From: Leptospira sp.
GTDB taxonomy: Bacteria > Spirochaetota > Leptospiria > Leptospirales > Leptospiraceae
Direction: 5' to 3'
DNA: 64,000 nucleotides
Assembly: GCA_034439575.1 (NCBI GenBank)
Contig: JAWXAQ010000016.1
Location: 1 to 64,000, forward strand
Within the stretch, counting starts at the first letter, position 1; the number at the start of each line of letters is the position of its first letter. Of the stretch, positions 20,252 through 30,385 are shown piece after piece. Position numbers and translations under genes: made by a program. The notes below the pieces were generated by a model. That model was given only the letters and a program-made list of their open reading frames with translations. It had not been told where the DNA came from and did not search any database.

Positions 20252-20602
20252 TTAGCGTTTTCTCCAATCTCCATTCCGAATATTAGAATTCGGCTCAATC
20301 GTCACGTTTCCAGCTAAATAAATATTAAATTGGTATGTCTCATCGAACGTTCGTAAGTACAAACCTGTGTCAGTTTCTTCATATTCGTCTAGGATTTGAA
20401 ACATTCGATTGTCTACGTTTAGTACGTCTCCGATTATTTTGGCATCTGACTCGGCTTTGGTGGCAATGGGAAATCCTTCAAACACATACATTTTATATCC
20501 ATAGATTAAACAATTTTGACGGATAATTCTCGCATCATCCAAAAGATAATGAGCCTCTTCACCGATGCGTAAAGAACCATAAACAAATAAATTGCCAATC
20601 AT
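20252..20602 (-). CDS. Gamma-glutamylcyclotransferase (AIG2-like) family protein
   Basis: FVYGSLR and LDEYE motifs. Confidence 0.88.
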   Translation of the reverse strand: MIGNLFVYGSLRIGEEAHYLLDDARIIRQNCLIYGYKMYVFEGFPIATKAESDAKIIGDVLNVDNRMFQILDEYEETDTGLYLRTFDETYQFNIYLAGNVTIEPNSNIRNGDWRKR

Positions 20603-20616
20603 TAACAGGTTTGAAT

Positions 20617-21345
20617 TTATTTTTTGGCGAGGTGCGCGACAGCATTTCCAAAGACAAAGTTTTTAAAATGGACATCTAAAAATCCAATTTCTAATAATAT
20701 TTTTTGCAAAGTTTCTTGGTCGGGGTATGTAGTTGAGGAGTGAGGTAGGTAATCAAACATCTCATGTTTTTTTCCAAAGATAAGATAACCAAACAAAGGT
20801 ACGACGCGGAAAAAATAAAAATCAGCAAATTTTTTTAAAAACTTCGGGCGAACTCTGCCAACATCTAAATTGATAAATAATCCGTTTGGCTTCAATATTC
20901 GTTTAATTTCAGTTAAACATTTTTTAAGATCTGAAACATTTCTCAAGCCAAATCCCATAGTTACTAAATCTACAGTATTATCTTGGAATCCTTTCAGGTC
21001 CATAACATCACCAATTTCAACTTTCACATTTGGAAATTCAGTTACCTTGTGTTTTGCGAAGGAAAGCATTTTTTCAGAAAAATCAAGTCCCGTGATTTTT
21101 TCCAATTGCGGAAATTCGTTTGCTAAACGCAAAGTAATGTCACCTGTCCCACAACATAAATCTATTGCGACTTTGGCTTCTGGAACCAAAGATTTTGCCT
21201 GAGAGATCATCCAATTTTTCCATTTTCTATGTAGGAAAAAACTATTCCAATCATTGAAACGATCATAAGCTTTCGCTATATGATCAAAATTGATTCTCAC
21301 ATATTCCGGTTTCTTTTCAGGCGTAGGTAATTGATATTGGTTCAT
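20617..21345 (-). CDS. ubiE: UbiE/MenG-family methyltransferase
   Basis: FDHIAKAYDRFND, DLCCGTGD, GFGLRNV. Start is probably ATG 21345; the ORF-track start at 21390 overlaps the divergent gene. Confidence 0.85.
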   Translation of the reverse strand: MNQYQLPTPEKKPEYVRINFDHIAKAYDRFNDWNSFFLHRKWKNWMISQAKSLVPEAKVAIDLCCGTGDITLRLANEFPQLEKITGLDFSEKMLSFAKHKVTEFPNVKVEIGDVMDLKGFQDNTVDLVTMGFGLRNVSDLKKCLTEIKRILKPNGLFINLDVGRVRPKFLKKFADFYFFRVVPLFGYLIFGKKHEMFDYLPHSSTTYPDQETLQKILLEIGFLDVHFKNFVFGNAVAHLAKK

Positions 21346-21362
21346 AACAGGTCGTTTCTTCC

Positions 21363-21815
21363 ATGAATTGGACATTTTCTTTGAGTGCAAATTTCATTTT
21401 ATTTCTCTTATTCACTTTTTCTGTCACAAGTCTTTCGCTTTTCCTCTACACATGGGATCAGATTCGTAACTTTTCGAAAACTTTGAATGATAAAGCTTTG
21501 AGTGCCAATTTTTCCGAAGAAAAATTTTTAGTTTCTATAAAACCAATAGAGCGCTTGTTAGATTGGTTTCCCTCCCTTGCTTCTATCTCTATGTTACTTG
21601 GATTACTTGGCACAGTTATCGGGATTTATTCTTCCTTTGCCGAAATGCAAATGGTGGGAAAAGCAACGATTGATGTTCTCGCGGGTGGAATTAAAGATGC
21701 GCTTGTTACAACCATCGCGGGACTTATCGTCGCCATCCCTTCTTTATTTTTTTCCCAAATCTTAGAATCCCTATTATCTCGTTTGGAAGAAACATTTTAT
21801 CTTAAGAGACTTTAA
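21363..21815 (+). CDS. MotA/TolQ/ExbB proton channel protein
   Basis: LLGLLGTVIGI..GIKDALVTTIAGLIVAIP. Confidence 0.92.
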   Translation: MNWTFSLSANFILFLLFTFSVTSLSLFLYTWDQIRNFSKTLNDKALSANFSEEKFLVSIKPIERLLDWFPSLASISMLLGLLGTVIGIYSSFAEMQMVGKATIDVLAGGIKDALVTTIAGLIVAIPSLFFSQILESLLSRLEETFYLKRL

Positions 21816-21817
21816 AA

Positions 21818-22213
21818 ATGCGTCGTCGTTCCAAAAGAAAACAGATCGATATCAGTAGCCTCATTGATGTGTTATTTATTTTACTAATTTTTCTTATGGT
21901 ATCTGTCCGATTTACAGATTCACATTCATTGGTTGAGTTAAATTTACCAAAATCTAATGTTAGTCAAGTGGGTGATACCAAAGATGAAATAATCATTTCT
22001 ATTTCTAAAACGGGAGAGTATTTTTTAAATGGGAAAAAAGAATCAAAGGTTATTATTTTAAGTTTTATCTCAGATGAACTTAGTAAAATGAAAAACCCTG
22101 TTGTAATTTTAGAATTAGATGAAGATTCTCGGTTTGGTGACTTTTTTGAAATCACAAATTTGTTGAAATCAAAATCCATTCAAAGTGTACAGATTGCAAC
22201 GAGAAAAAAATGA
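21818..22213 (+). CDS. ExbD/TolR biopolymer transport protein
   Basis: SLIDVLFILLIFLMV..LNLPK. Confidence 0.92.
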   Translation: MRRRSKRKQIDISSLIDVLFILLIFLMVSVRFTDSHSLVELNLPKSNVSQVGDTKDEIIISISKTGEYFLNGKKESKVIILSFISDELSKMKNPVVILELDEDSRFGDFFEITNLLKSKSIQSVQIATRKK

Positions 22214-22263
22214 ATTGTAGATTAGTAAAAATTATACGATAATATAACCATAAAGGAAAAAAT

Positions 22264-23340
22264 ATGAGAATATATATTGCACTAACACTAAATTTATTTG
22301 CAGCGCCTTTAGGATTTTTAATATTACGAGATTTTAAACTTTTCCTATACTTCTTATCTTATTATTTTCTGGCTATTCCTGTATACATTCTAATATTCTT
22401 ATTATCTTTTTTTGACAAACCAATAGTTATATTTTCTTTTTTAGCCTTTGTATTTTTCTTACAATATTCAATTGTTATTTTTTTTACTATAAAGTCGTTT
22501 AAAACGTTACATAAAAGACAAAAATTAAATCATTTGAATCCATTTATAAATTTTGTAATGATTTTTTCTTTGATAATAACGATTCTGATTGCTGAAGATT
22601 ATATTAAAGATTTTATTAAAAAGACTTTCATTTCTGCAAATAATATTACTTCTGCATCTTCCGAACCATCTTTACAATTAGGTGATTATGTTTTTATAAA
22701 ACGCAGTTTTTTCAATATTGAAAGAGGAGATTTTGTCACATTCGATATTAAAAATCCAATGGATATAGAATCTAAATCTATCGTAAAACGTGTGATTGCG
22801 ATCCCCGGTGATAAAATTAAAATCCAATTAGAAACATTAGCTAATGGTAATAAAGTATATAAGATTATACTAAATGATATTCCATTAGAAATTGAAAAAA
22901 CCGATTCTATTCCGAATCTTGATTCCATGGATGTAAACTTAGAAGGAAAGTATTTTTTTAAGGAAACTTCCGGTGAAAAATATTATTATACAATGTATTC
23001 AAATTCTTTGCCCAATGAAAAATTTAATCCGTATTTAAATAAGGAGATAATTCTAAATCCTGATGAGTATTTTGTTTTAGGTGATAATCGATTTGACTCA
23101 CACGATTCAATTTCTTTTGGACCTATAAAATCACATGATATAACTGGTAAGCTATTTTTTAAATATTTTTCCATAAATTACAAAGATTTATCTTGCGATG
23201 TTCATTCAAATAACTTTGATCAAAATTCGCATTTTGAACCTTCTTGTCCGACTGATTGGTATAACCGACTTCTTCGTTCAAAAATACGTTTCCATAGTCT
23301 TGGCAATAGAGGCTATTATGATGTACACGAAGTGAAATAA
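22264..23340 (+). CDS. lepB: Signal peptidase I with an extended N-terminal TM region
   Basis: SASSEPSL catalytic Ser box, IVKRVIAIPGD, YFVLGDNRFDSHDS. Confidence 0.88.
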   Translation: MRIYIALTLNLFAAPLGFLILRDFKLFLYFLSYYFLAIPVYILIFLLSFFDKPIVIFSFLAFVFFLQYSIVIFFTIKSFKTLHKRQKLNHLNPFINFVMIFSLIITILIAEDYIKDFIKKTFISANNITSASSEPSLQLGDYVFIKRSFFNIERGDFVTFDIKNPMDIESKSIVKRVIAIPGDKIKIQLETLANGNKVYKIILNDIPLEIEKTDSIPNLDSMDVNLEGKYFFKETSGEKYYYTMYSNSLPNEKFNPYLNKEIILNPDEYFVLGDNRFDSHDSISFGPIKSHDITGKLFFKYFSINYKDLSCDVHSNNFDQNSHFEPSCPTDWYNRLLRSKIRFHSLGNRGYYDVHEVK

Positions 23341-23355
23341 TATAAGGAATATTAT

Positions 23356-23733
23356 ATGAATGAAAAATCAAAAAATTTGGCAGGAATTATTGGGCCTACA
23401 ATCATTGTAATGGTTACAGCTGAAATGAGAATTTGGAATCCAAATCTTTATAATGAACAAATAGTACCTCTAATCTATTTTTCTGGTGTTTTACTTTTTA
23501 TTGCAGGATTATCAATAATTCGTATGCATAATGTTTGGGCACTGAATTGGTCTGTTTTAATTACATTGATAGGATGGGGGTCTTTAATTCTCGGTATAAC
23601 ACGAATCTACTTTCCTCAATCTTATAAAACTCAATTTAAAAATGATTCTTCTACTATGGTTGTTGAACTGATTTTAATATTTCTAGGAATAATACTAACA
23701 GCGAAAGCATATTGGCCAGTTAAGAATAATTAA
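23356..23733 (+). CDS. Hypothetical four-TM membrane protein
   Basis: RBS AAGGA; four hydrophobic segments. Confidence 0.7.
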   Translation: MNEKSKNLAGIIGPTIIVMVTAEMRIWNPNLYNEQIVPLIYFSGVLLFIAGLSIIRMHNVWALNWSVLITLIGWGSLILGITRIYFPQSYKTQFKNDSSTMVVELILIFLGIILTAKAYWPVKNN

Positions 23734-23762
23734 ATTTTTATTCAAAATTTAAAATACTTTGT

Positions 23763-25343
23763 TTAAAAAGATTGGCTAAGATCAATAAAAAATTTGAATT
23801 TTTTATCTGATGATTTTTCTTCCAAAATATCTAATGCTTTGTTAGGTTTTGGAAGTCTAGCTAAACATGATTGTAATTCTGAAAAGTTTTGATGACGAAT
23901 GAGCCCTAAGATTTCAAATTTCAAATTTTCTTCCAAAGAGTTGATAAAACTTTTTACGATTTCTAATTCATTAGTTTCGTGTCCTTTTTCTATTCTGATT
24001 TCATCAGAGCTATGATGAACAATTTCATGTGAATTGATAAATTTTGAATCTTCGGCCGCTAGAGAAATGGTGAGTGGAATTTGAAATTCAAATTCAGACC
24101 CTTCACCCAATTTACTTTTTACAGACATCATTCCACCCAAAAATTCTACTAATTGGAGAGATATAGAAAGACCGAGCCCAGTTCCTTTTTGGTAGGAAGA
24201 TCCAATCTCTGTTTGGTGGAAGGCTTCAAAAATAATATTTAATTGATCTTCGGGGATTCCGATTCCTGTATCGGTAACTTTAAACCGAACCACATCAAAG
24301 GTTTTATTTTCTTTAGAAGGTTTTTCTATAATCATGATATCTAGTGTGACTTCACCTCTAGTTGTAAATTTCAAAGCATTAGCAAGTAAATTGACTAGAA
24401 TTTGTAAAATTTTCTGGAAGTCAGCTAAGTAAAATTTATCATTGAGAATATTCTTATTTACTAATTTAAGCGTTATGCCTTTTTCTATGAACTGATATAC
24501 AAACATGGAAAATAAAGTTTCCCATAACTGGGAAATTGTTAATCGTTCTGGATTTTCTGTCATTTTACCGGCTTCAATTTTAGACAAATCCAAAAGATCA
24601 TTGATCATATTAAGAAGGTGAACCCCATTTTGATGAAGTGATCCCACATAACCTTTTAGATGTGATGGTAATGCCGGATCTTTAGCTAATATTTGAGAAA
24701 ATCCTATAACAGCATGTAATGGAGTTCTAAGTTCGTGAGTGATTTTTGAGAAAAAAATAGACTTGGACTTATTGGCACTTTTCGCTTCCTCGACGGCTAA
24801 CTTTAGTTTTTCTTCAGTCATTTTTCTATTAGTAATATCGTTGCCAATAGATAGGACTTCATACGGATAACCGGCTGTATTTCGGAAGATTCGATTTGAC
24901 CACGAGATGGTTCTCGGTTCATTATTTTTTAAATATACTTCATATTCTTGGCGGATGAATTGATCAGGCAAATGAAAGATATTCCATAACAATGATTTCA
25001 TTTGATTTATTTTTTCTTCGCGTACATTAAATAAATCTTTTACTAAGTCTTTTCCTTCCACATCCTTTGACTTTAGGGAAAAAAAATCTTCAGCATATGG
25101 ATTGATGGCATAGATAATAAAATCTGGATTCCATCGAATGATGATAGAATTTGCCGTTTCATAAATATCCTGGTATTGTTTTTCTTTTTCAACTAACTTT
25201 TGTTCAAGTTCTATGGATTTGGTTTCTTTTGATCTCCAAAATCGAAAACTGATTTTTTTTTGGATCAAATAATATCGAATCAACGGAAATAATAACAAAA
25301 AAATTATGAGGATCAATAAAATGGTAATTTGATAAGTTGCCAT
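23763..25343 (-). CDS. PAS-domain sensor histidine kinase
   Basis: N-terminal TM, PAS ending DITNRK, H-box THELRTPL, NLLANALKFT, DTGIGI, GTGLGL. Confidence 0.93.
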   Translation of the reverse strand: MATYQITILLILIIFLLLFPLIRYYLIQKKISFRFWRSKETKSIELEQKLVEKEKQYQDIYETANSIIIRWNPDFIIYAINPYAEDFFSLKSKDVEGKDLVKDLFNVREEKINQMKSLLWNIFHLPDQFIRQEYEVYLKNNEPRTISWSNRIFRNTAGYPYEVLSIGNDITNRKMTEEKLKLAVEEAKSANKSKSIFFSKITHELRTPLHAVIGFSQILAKDPALPSHLKGYVGSLHQNGVHLLNMINDLLDLSKIEAGKMTENPERLTISQLWETLFSMFVYQFIEKGITLKLVNKNILNDKFYLADFQKILQILVNLLANALKFTTRGEVTLDIMIIEKPSKENKTFDVVRFKVTDTGIGIPEDQLNIIFEAFHQTEIGSSYQKGTGLGLSISLQLVEFLGGMMSVKSKLGEGSEFEFQIPLTISLAAEDSKFINSHEIVHHSSDEIRIEKGHETNELEIVKSFINSLEENLKFEILGLIRHQNFSELQSCLARLPKPNKALDILEEKSSDKKFKFFIDLSQSF

Positions 25344-25345
25344 AA

Positions 25346-26473
25346 CTAACTAATTTCTACAAGAAGCATAGTCATATCGTCGGCTATTTTGTTATTTGAA
25401 TGTTCTAAAACCTTGGACTGAATTTTTGAAAGGAAATTAGGACCGTTAAATGATAGGTGGTTTTTTATAATTTCAAAAAATTCAATTTCCCCTAAATAAT
25501 TTTCATTTTGGTCGGGTACTTCAAACATTCCATCGCTAAATAAAAACAATCGATCTCCACTCATAAGATTTAATTCTCGATTTTCAGTGAGGAGTTGTGG
25601 AAACATCATTAGACAAAAACCTTTGGTGCCAAGTTTGATTAATTCTTCACCGCGAATTAAAATCATAGGATGATGGCCTGCCATCGAATACGATAATATC
25701 TTATCACTTGGATTGTACCGAAGATAAATGCCACTGATAAAATGAGTATTTATCATAGGGCTCAATGTGTTATGAATCCAATACATACATTCGCTAGGTG
25801 TCAAAAAACCTTTATTCATGGTTTTGAATGTTATGATAGCCATAAGTGATACCATAGCGGCTGCTATGCCATGGCCTGTGACATCTCCAAATAAAATATC
25901 CAAATCTCCATTCGGTAGTAAATCATACGTAATCAAATCTCCACCAACTTGATCCATGGGTTTGTAAGAAGAAAAAATTTTGTAATCATCAGATGGTGGG
26001 AAATGAAAACTAATTAAATTTTGTTGATTTGATCTTGCGAGTTCTAAGTCTTTATGGATCGCGTGTAACAAATCGATACGTTCTTTTTCTAGATGTTTTA
26101 TTTTTAAATGGTTCCGTATCCGAGCGAGGATTTCTGCTTCTTGAAAAGGTTTTGTGATGTAGTCTGCAGCTCCCATCTCCAATCCTCTAACGATATCACC
26201 TGTTTCATTCAGTGCCGATAAAAATAAAATAGGAATGTTTTTGGTTCGTTCATTTTCTGTTAGTCTTTTGGCTACCTCTAATCCACTGATGCCTGGTAAT
26301 AAAATGTCGAGTAAAATTAAATCTATTTCAAGGGCTTCTACAAGTTCGAGTGCATATTCGCCATCATAGGCAACGGCAACTTCATATCCTACATTTAAAA
26401 GAATATGTGTAATGATTTCTACATTGGTTTCGTTATCATCAACGACAAGAATTTTTGATGGCGTTACTTTCAC
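25346..26473 (-). CDS. Response regulator fused to a SpoIIE/PP2C phosphatase (RsbU-like)
   Basis: REC (VDD, LDILLPG, KPF) plus VGGD, GDVTGHG, SDG and DDMT. Confidence 0.93.
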   Translation of the reverse strand: MKVTPSKILVVDDNETNVEIITHILLNVGYEVAVAYDGEYALELVEALEIDLILLDILLPGISGLEVAKRLTENERTKNIPILFLSALNETGDIVRGLEMGAADYITKPFQEAEILARIRNHLKIKHLEKERIDLLHAIHKDLELARSNQQNLISFHFPPSDDYKIFSSYKPMDQVGGDLITYDLLPNGDLDILFGDVTGHGIAAAMVSLMAIITFKTMNKGFLTPSECMYWIHNTLSPMINTHFISGIYLRYNPSDKILSYSMAGHHPMILIRGEELIKLGTKGFCLMMFPQLLTENRELNLMSGDRLFLFSDGMFEVPDQNENYLGEIEFFEIIKNHLSFNGPNFLSKIQSKVLEHSNNKIADDMTMLLVEIS

Positions 26474-26546
26474 TCAAAGAAATGATATTCAGAGAAAAGA
26501 TTTTTGCAACTAAAAATGGCTTAATCAATATTAAACTTTTCCAATT

Positions 26547-27635
26547 ATGATGAAAAAGATTATTCATATAGATATGGATGCGTTTTATGCATCGGTTGAA
26601 CAAAGAGATCATGTGGAATGGAGAGGAAAACCTGTGATCGTAGGTGGATCTCCGCATAGCCGAGGAGTTGTCTGTGCCGCTAGTTATGAAGCTCGCAAAT
26701 TCGGTGTTAAATCAGCAATGTCTTGTTATCAAGCCTATAAACTTTGTCCAGATGGTATTTTTGCCCCACCACGATTTCCAGTTTATAAACAAGTCTCAAG
26801 AGAAATACGTGAAATATTTTTAGAATACACTGATCTTGTCGAACCACTATCCCTTGATGAAGCCTATTTGGATGTCACAGAAAATAAAAAAAACATTCCG
26901 CATGCAAGTACAATTGCTAGAGAAATACGAGAGAAGGTAGAATCCAAAACAGGACTAACTTGTTCTGCGGGTGTTGCGCAAAATAAATTTCTAGCAAAGA
27001 TGGCATCTGAAAAAAATAAACCTAACGGTTTGTATGTGGTATTGCCAAATGAAGCTCTAACCTTTCTTTCTGAACTAAAATTAGGCCAATTTTATGGAAT
27101 TGGAAAAAAAACGTATGAAAAGATGAATTCCTTAGGATGGCATTGCGGAAAAGACTTATTGCCATTAAAAGAAGAAGAATTGATCAAACTTTTTGGTAAG
27201 ATGGGAAGGTATTTTTACCAAGTCGTGCGTGGTATCGATGATCGCCCAGTCATCCCTTACCGGGAACCAAAATCTGTGGGCGTCGAATATACTTTCGAAA
27301 GAGATAGTATAGATTATTCCTTTCTCATCACTCAAATTGAAGCCATCGCCTTAGAAGTGGCAAATCGTTTAGCAAATAAAAATCGAAAAGGAAAAACCAT
27401 CACACTTAAAATTAAATATTCTGATTTTTTGGTTCGTTCAAAAAGTCTGACATTAGATTATTTTTTATACTTGGCTTCTGACATCTTCGAACAATCCTCT
27501 CATTTATTTACTAGTGTTTGGAAAGAAGAATTGGACAGGTCTAAAAAAATTAGATTGTTAGGCATATCCATCTCAAATTTAAATACTTTGGTCACTAAAG
27601 ACGATGGCCAATTAGAATTATTCACAATTGATTGA
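26547..27635 (+). CDS. dinB: DNA polymerase IV
   Basis: HIDMDAFYASVE, ASYEARKFGV, SLDEAYLD. Confidence 0.97.
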   Translation: MMKKIIHIDMDAFYASVEQRDHVEWRGKPVIVGGSPHSRGVVCAASYEARKFGVKSAMSCYQAYKLCPDGIFAPPRFPVYKQVSREIREIFLEYTDLVEPLSLDEAYLDVTENKKNIPHASTIAREIREKVESKTGLTCSAGVAQNKFLAKMASEKNKPNGLYVVLPNEALTFLSELKLGQFYGIGKKTYEKMNSLGWHCGKDLLPLKEEELIKLFGKMGRYFYQVVRGIDDRPVIPYREPKSVGVEYTFERDSIDYSFLITQIEAIALEVANRLANKNRKGKTITLKIKYSDFLVRSKSLTLDYFLYLASDIFEQSSHLFTSVWKEELDRSKKIRLLGISISNLNTLVTKDDGQLELFTID

Positions 27636-27648
27636 TAGGAATTAATAT

Positions 27649-28353
27649 ATGTTAGATGATGCAGATGATCAGTTAGAAAAATTAGGCCCTTTGGAAGTAT
27701 TACGAGTACAAGGTGATCCAGAAGCTCCTACAATAGTTATATTTCATGGCTATGGTGCGAGTGCTTTTGATCTTTTCCCTATACATGAAGTATTGACAAC
27801 GGAACAAAATTTTAATTGGGTATTTGCCAATGGTCATTTAACAGTTCCACTTATGCCAGGTTATACGGGAAGAGCATGGTTTCCCATAGATATGGCGGCA
27901 CTCGAAGAGGCAATGCGTACGAAAAATTTTCGAAATTTTGCCGATAGAGATCCTGAAGGACTGTCTGTTGCGAGGGATGCCGCACTTCTTATGATACAGA
28001 CTTTAGGTGTCCCTTGGGATCAATTGATTTTAGGTGGTTTTTCACAAGGAGCGATGTTAGCAACAGATATCACTTTACGTTCAGAAACTCCACCTAAAGG
28101 CTTAATGGTTTTATCTGGTGCACTACTGAATGAAACTCTCTGGAAAACATTGGCACCCAAAAAATCGAATCTGCGTTTTTTACAATCTCACGGAGAATAT
28201 GATCAAGTATTAGGTTATCCAGGAGCAAAACAATTAGAAAAGCTCTTTAGAGATTCAGGCATGTTAGGTGAATTTATCGGATTTCCTGGCGGGCATGAAA
28301 TCCCACAAGTCGTCATTCAAGGGATGAGTCGGTATTTAAATAGTTTGTCTTGA
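27649..28353 (+). CDS. Phospholipase/carboxylesterase
   Basis: HGYGA, GGFSQGA, HGEYD, GGHEI. Confidence 0.9.
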   Translation: MLDDADDQLEKLGPLEVLRVQGDPEAPTIVIFHGYGASAFDLFPIHEVLTTEQNFNWVFANGHLTVPLMPGYTGRAWFPIDMAALEEAMRTKNFRNFADRDPEGLSVARDAALLMIQTLGVPWDQLILGGFSQGAMLATDITLRSETPPKGLMVLSGALLNETLWKTLAPKKSNLRFLQSHGEYDQVLGYPGAKQLEKLFRDSGMLGEFIGFPGGHEIPQVVIQGMSRYLNSLS

Positions 28354-28364
28354 AAAATTTGTAC

Positions 28365-28967
28365 TTATTCGAATGTATCATGTTTCCCATGATATATGGC
28401 ATAGTATCTGGGTAAAAAAGTGAAAAGGATATAAATTTCGATAAGCCCACTAACACATAGTATTGGCAATTCTAGTACATAAAATTCCGTATCTTGCGAA
28501 TCAAATAAGAAAGGTTCATTCAGGCCAAATTTGATAAAATAAACCGTTAATAAAATAAAATTCAAAGCTGTTCCCCATTTGGGTATAAGCTTTGGCTTTA
28601 CTTGGAAAATTATTTTTTTCCAAAGCACCAAAACTGGAATGACCGAAAGTTGAGAAATATCCCGTATGACGACTAACACAACATACCAAAAAGGTGCGAT
28701 GCCTTTCCAGAAAAGAAATAGGAAAAAAGAAAGAACGACAATTTTATCAGCAATGGGATCTAGGATGGCACCAAAGTTACTGGCTTGTCCCCATTTTCTT
28801 GCAATCCATCCATCCAAAAAATCAGTCGTAAATAGACAAAGAATCATGGGAAATGCTATTCCCCAATTCTTATCTGATAAAAAATACAAAGATGGTAAAA
28901 CTAAGATCAGGCGGAGTAGGGTTAATAAATTCGGGATAAGTAGTAGTGTTTTAATTTCTGGAAACAT
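28365..28967 (-). CDS. CDP-alcohol phosphatidyltransferase (PgsA-like)
   Basis: PNLLTLLR; DFLDGWIARKWGQASNFGAILDPIADK. Confidence 0.93.
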   Translation of the reverse strand: MFPEIKTLLLIPNLLTLLRLILVLPSLYFLSDKNWGIAFPMILCLFTTDFLDGWIARKWGQASNFGAILDPIADKIVVLSFFLFLFWKGIAPFWYVVLVVIRDISQLSVIPVLVLWKKIIFQVKPKLIPKWGTALNFILLTVYFIKFGLNEPFLFDSQDTEFYVLELPILCVSGLIEIYILFTFLPRYYAIYHGKHDTFE

Positions 28968-29063
28968 AAAAATTCACATTCTTTTATAAATTTAACTTGG
29001 ACAAAATAAAATCATATGCTTTTTATCAGCAATTGGTCTAAATTTTTGAGACGGCTATCATAT

Positions 29064-29828
29064 ATGAAACACATTTTTTTAACGATTTTTAGTTTGTTAT
29101 TTTTTGCGCAAGCTAACATGGCGCAGAGTTTTGATCATAAGCATTTAGTTTGGGATTCCCTGCTCAAGAAATATGTCAATGGTAGTGGGCTTGTCAATTA
29201 TAAAGGTTTTAAAAAAGACGAAGATAGTTTAAATCAATACTTGCAATCTCTCTCTCAAGTCACGGAAGAGAACTATAGTCAATTTTCAAAAAATCAAAAA
29301 TTGGCCTTTTTAATCAATGCATACAATGCATTTACAATTCGATTGATTCTAGATCATTATCCGATTAAAAGTATTGGTGATATTGGCTCACCTATCTCTT
29401 TGTTAAATCTAGCCCGCGGGACTCCTTGGAAAAAAGAATTTTTTATCCTTCTTGGAAAAACACGAAATCTGGATTGGATAGAACACCAAAAACTTAGAAA
29501 AGATTTCACAGAACCTAGAATCCATTTTGCGATCGTATGTGCTTCGCTTGGTTGTCCTATATTGAAAATGGATTCTTATAAAGATACCATCTTAGAATCT
29601 CAATTATTATCTGCAAAGCTTGGATTTTTAAAAGATACGTCGAAAAATTCGTATGATAAAGATAAAAATATTTTAAGACTAAGTAAAATTTTTGACTGGT
29701 TCAAAGAAGACTTTGTGAAACAAGATACTCTAATTCATTTTGTACAAGAGGGATTTTCAGATCCAATCAAAGCGGATACGCTCATCGAATACAATGATTA
29801 TAGTTGGAAATTAAACGAACAGAAATAG
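29064..29828 (+). CDS. Secreted DUF547-domain protein
   Basis: Signal peptide from ATG 29064; AFLINAYNA, EPRIHFAIVCASLGCP, LSKIFDWF. Confidence 0.88.
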   Translation: MKHIFLTIFSLLFFAQANMAQSFDHKHLVWDSLLKKYVNGSGLVNYKGFKKDEDSLNQYLQSLSQVTEENYSQFSKNQKLAFLINAYNAFTIRLILDHYPIKSIGDIGSPISLLNLARGTPWKKEFFILLGKTRNLDWIEHQKLRKDFTEPRIHFAIVCASLGCPILKMDSYKDTILESQLLSAKLGFLKDTSKNSYDKDKNILRLSKIFDWFKEDFVKQDTLIHFVQEGFSDPIKADTLIEYNDYSWKLNEQK

Positions 29829-29840
29829 AAAAAAATTTGT

Positions 29841-30257
29841 TTATGGAACCACTTCAAATTCGTAAGTAATTTTTGCCGTACGTTCAAGTGTCTTTGCCAC
29901 AGAACAATATTTTTCTAAACTGAGATCAATGGCTCTTTTTGCCTGATCTATTTGAATGTCTCCTTGGATCTTAAATTTCATATGAATATTGCTAAATAAA
30001 GATACATGATCAACTTTCTCTCGTTCTGCGTTCACCTCTACTGAATAGTCTAGGATCTTAACTTTTTGTTTTTCTAAGATCATAATCACATCGATACTAC
30101 TGCAACCGGCAAGCCCCATGATGAGTAATTCCATAGGGCGAGGTCCAGAGTTCCCACCACCGATTTCAGGGGAAGCATCAATGGTAATTTTGTTACCATT
30201 TTCATTTTCTGCTTCTAAAACAAATGGTTCTTTCACTCTTCGCAATTTAATATTCAT
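29841..30257 (-). CDS. OsmC/YhfA-family protein
   Basis: GPRPMELLIMGLAGCSSIDV; SLEKYCSV. Confidence 0.92.
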   Translation of the reverse strand: MNIKLRRVKEPFVLEAENENGNKITIDASPEIGGGNSGPRPMELLIMGLAGCSSIDVIMILEKQKVKILDYSVEVNAEREKVDHVSLFSNIHMKFKIQGDIQIDQAKRAIDLSLEKYCSVAKTLERTAKITYEFEVVP

Positions 30258-30385
30258 ATGAAATCTCTACTTCCTTGGGAAGATAATTTAGCTAACTCTT
30301 TTCGTAAATGAAATTTCCATATCTTGATAATCTGCTTGTTTTTGTATCGCACCTCTAAGATAAAGTCTCAGAGCCAAACTAATCT

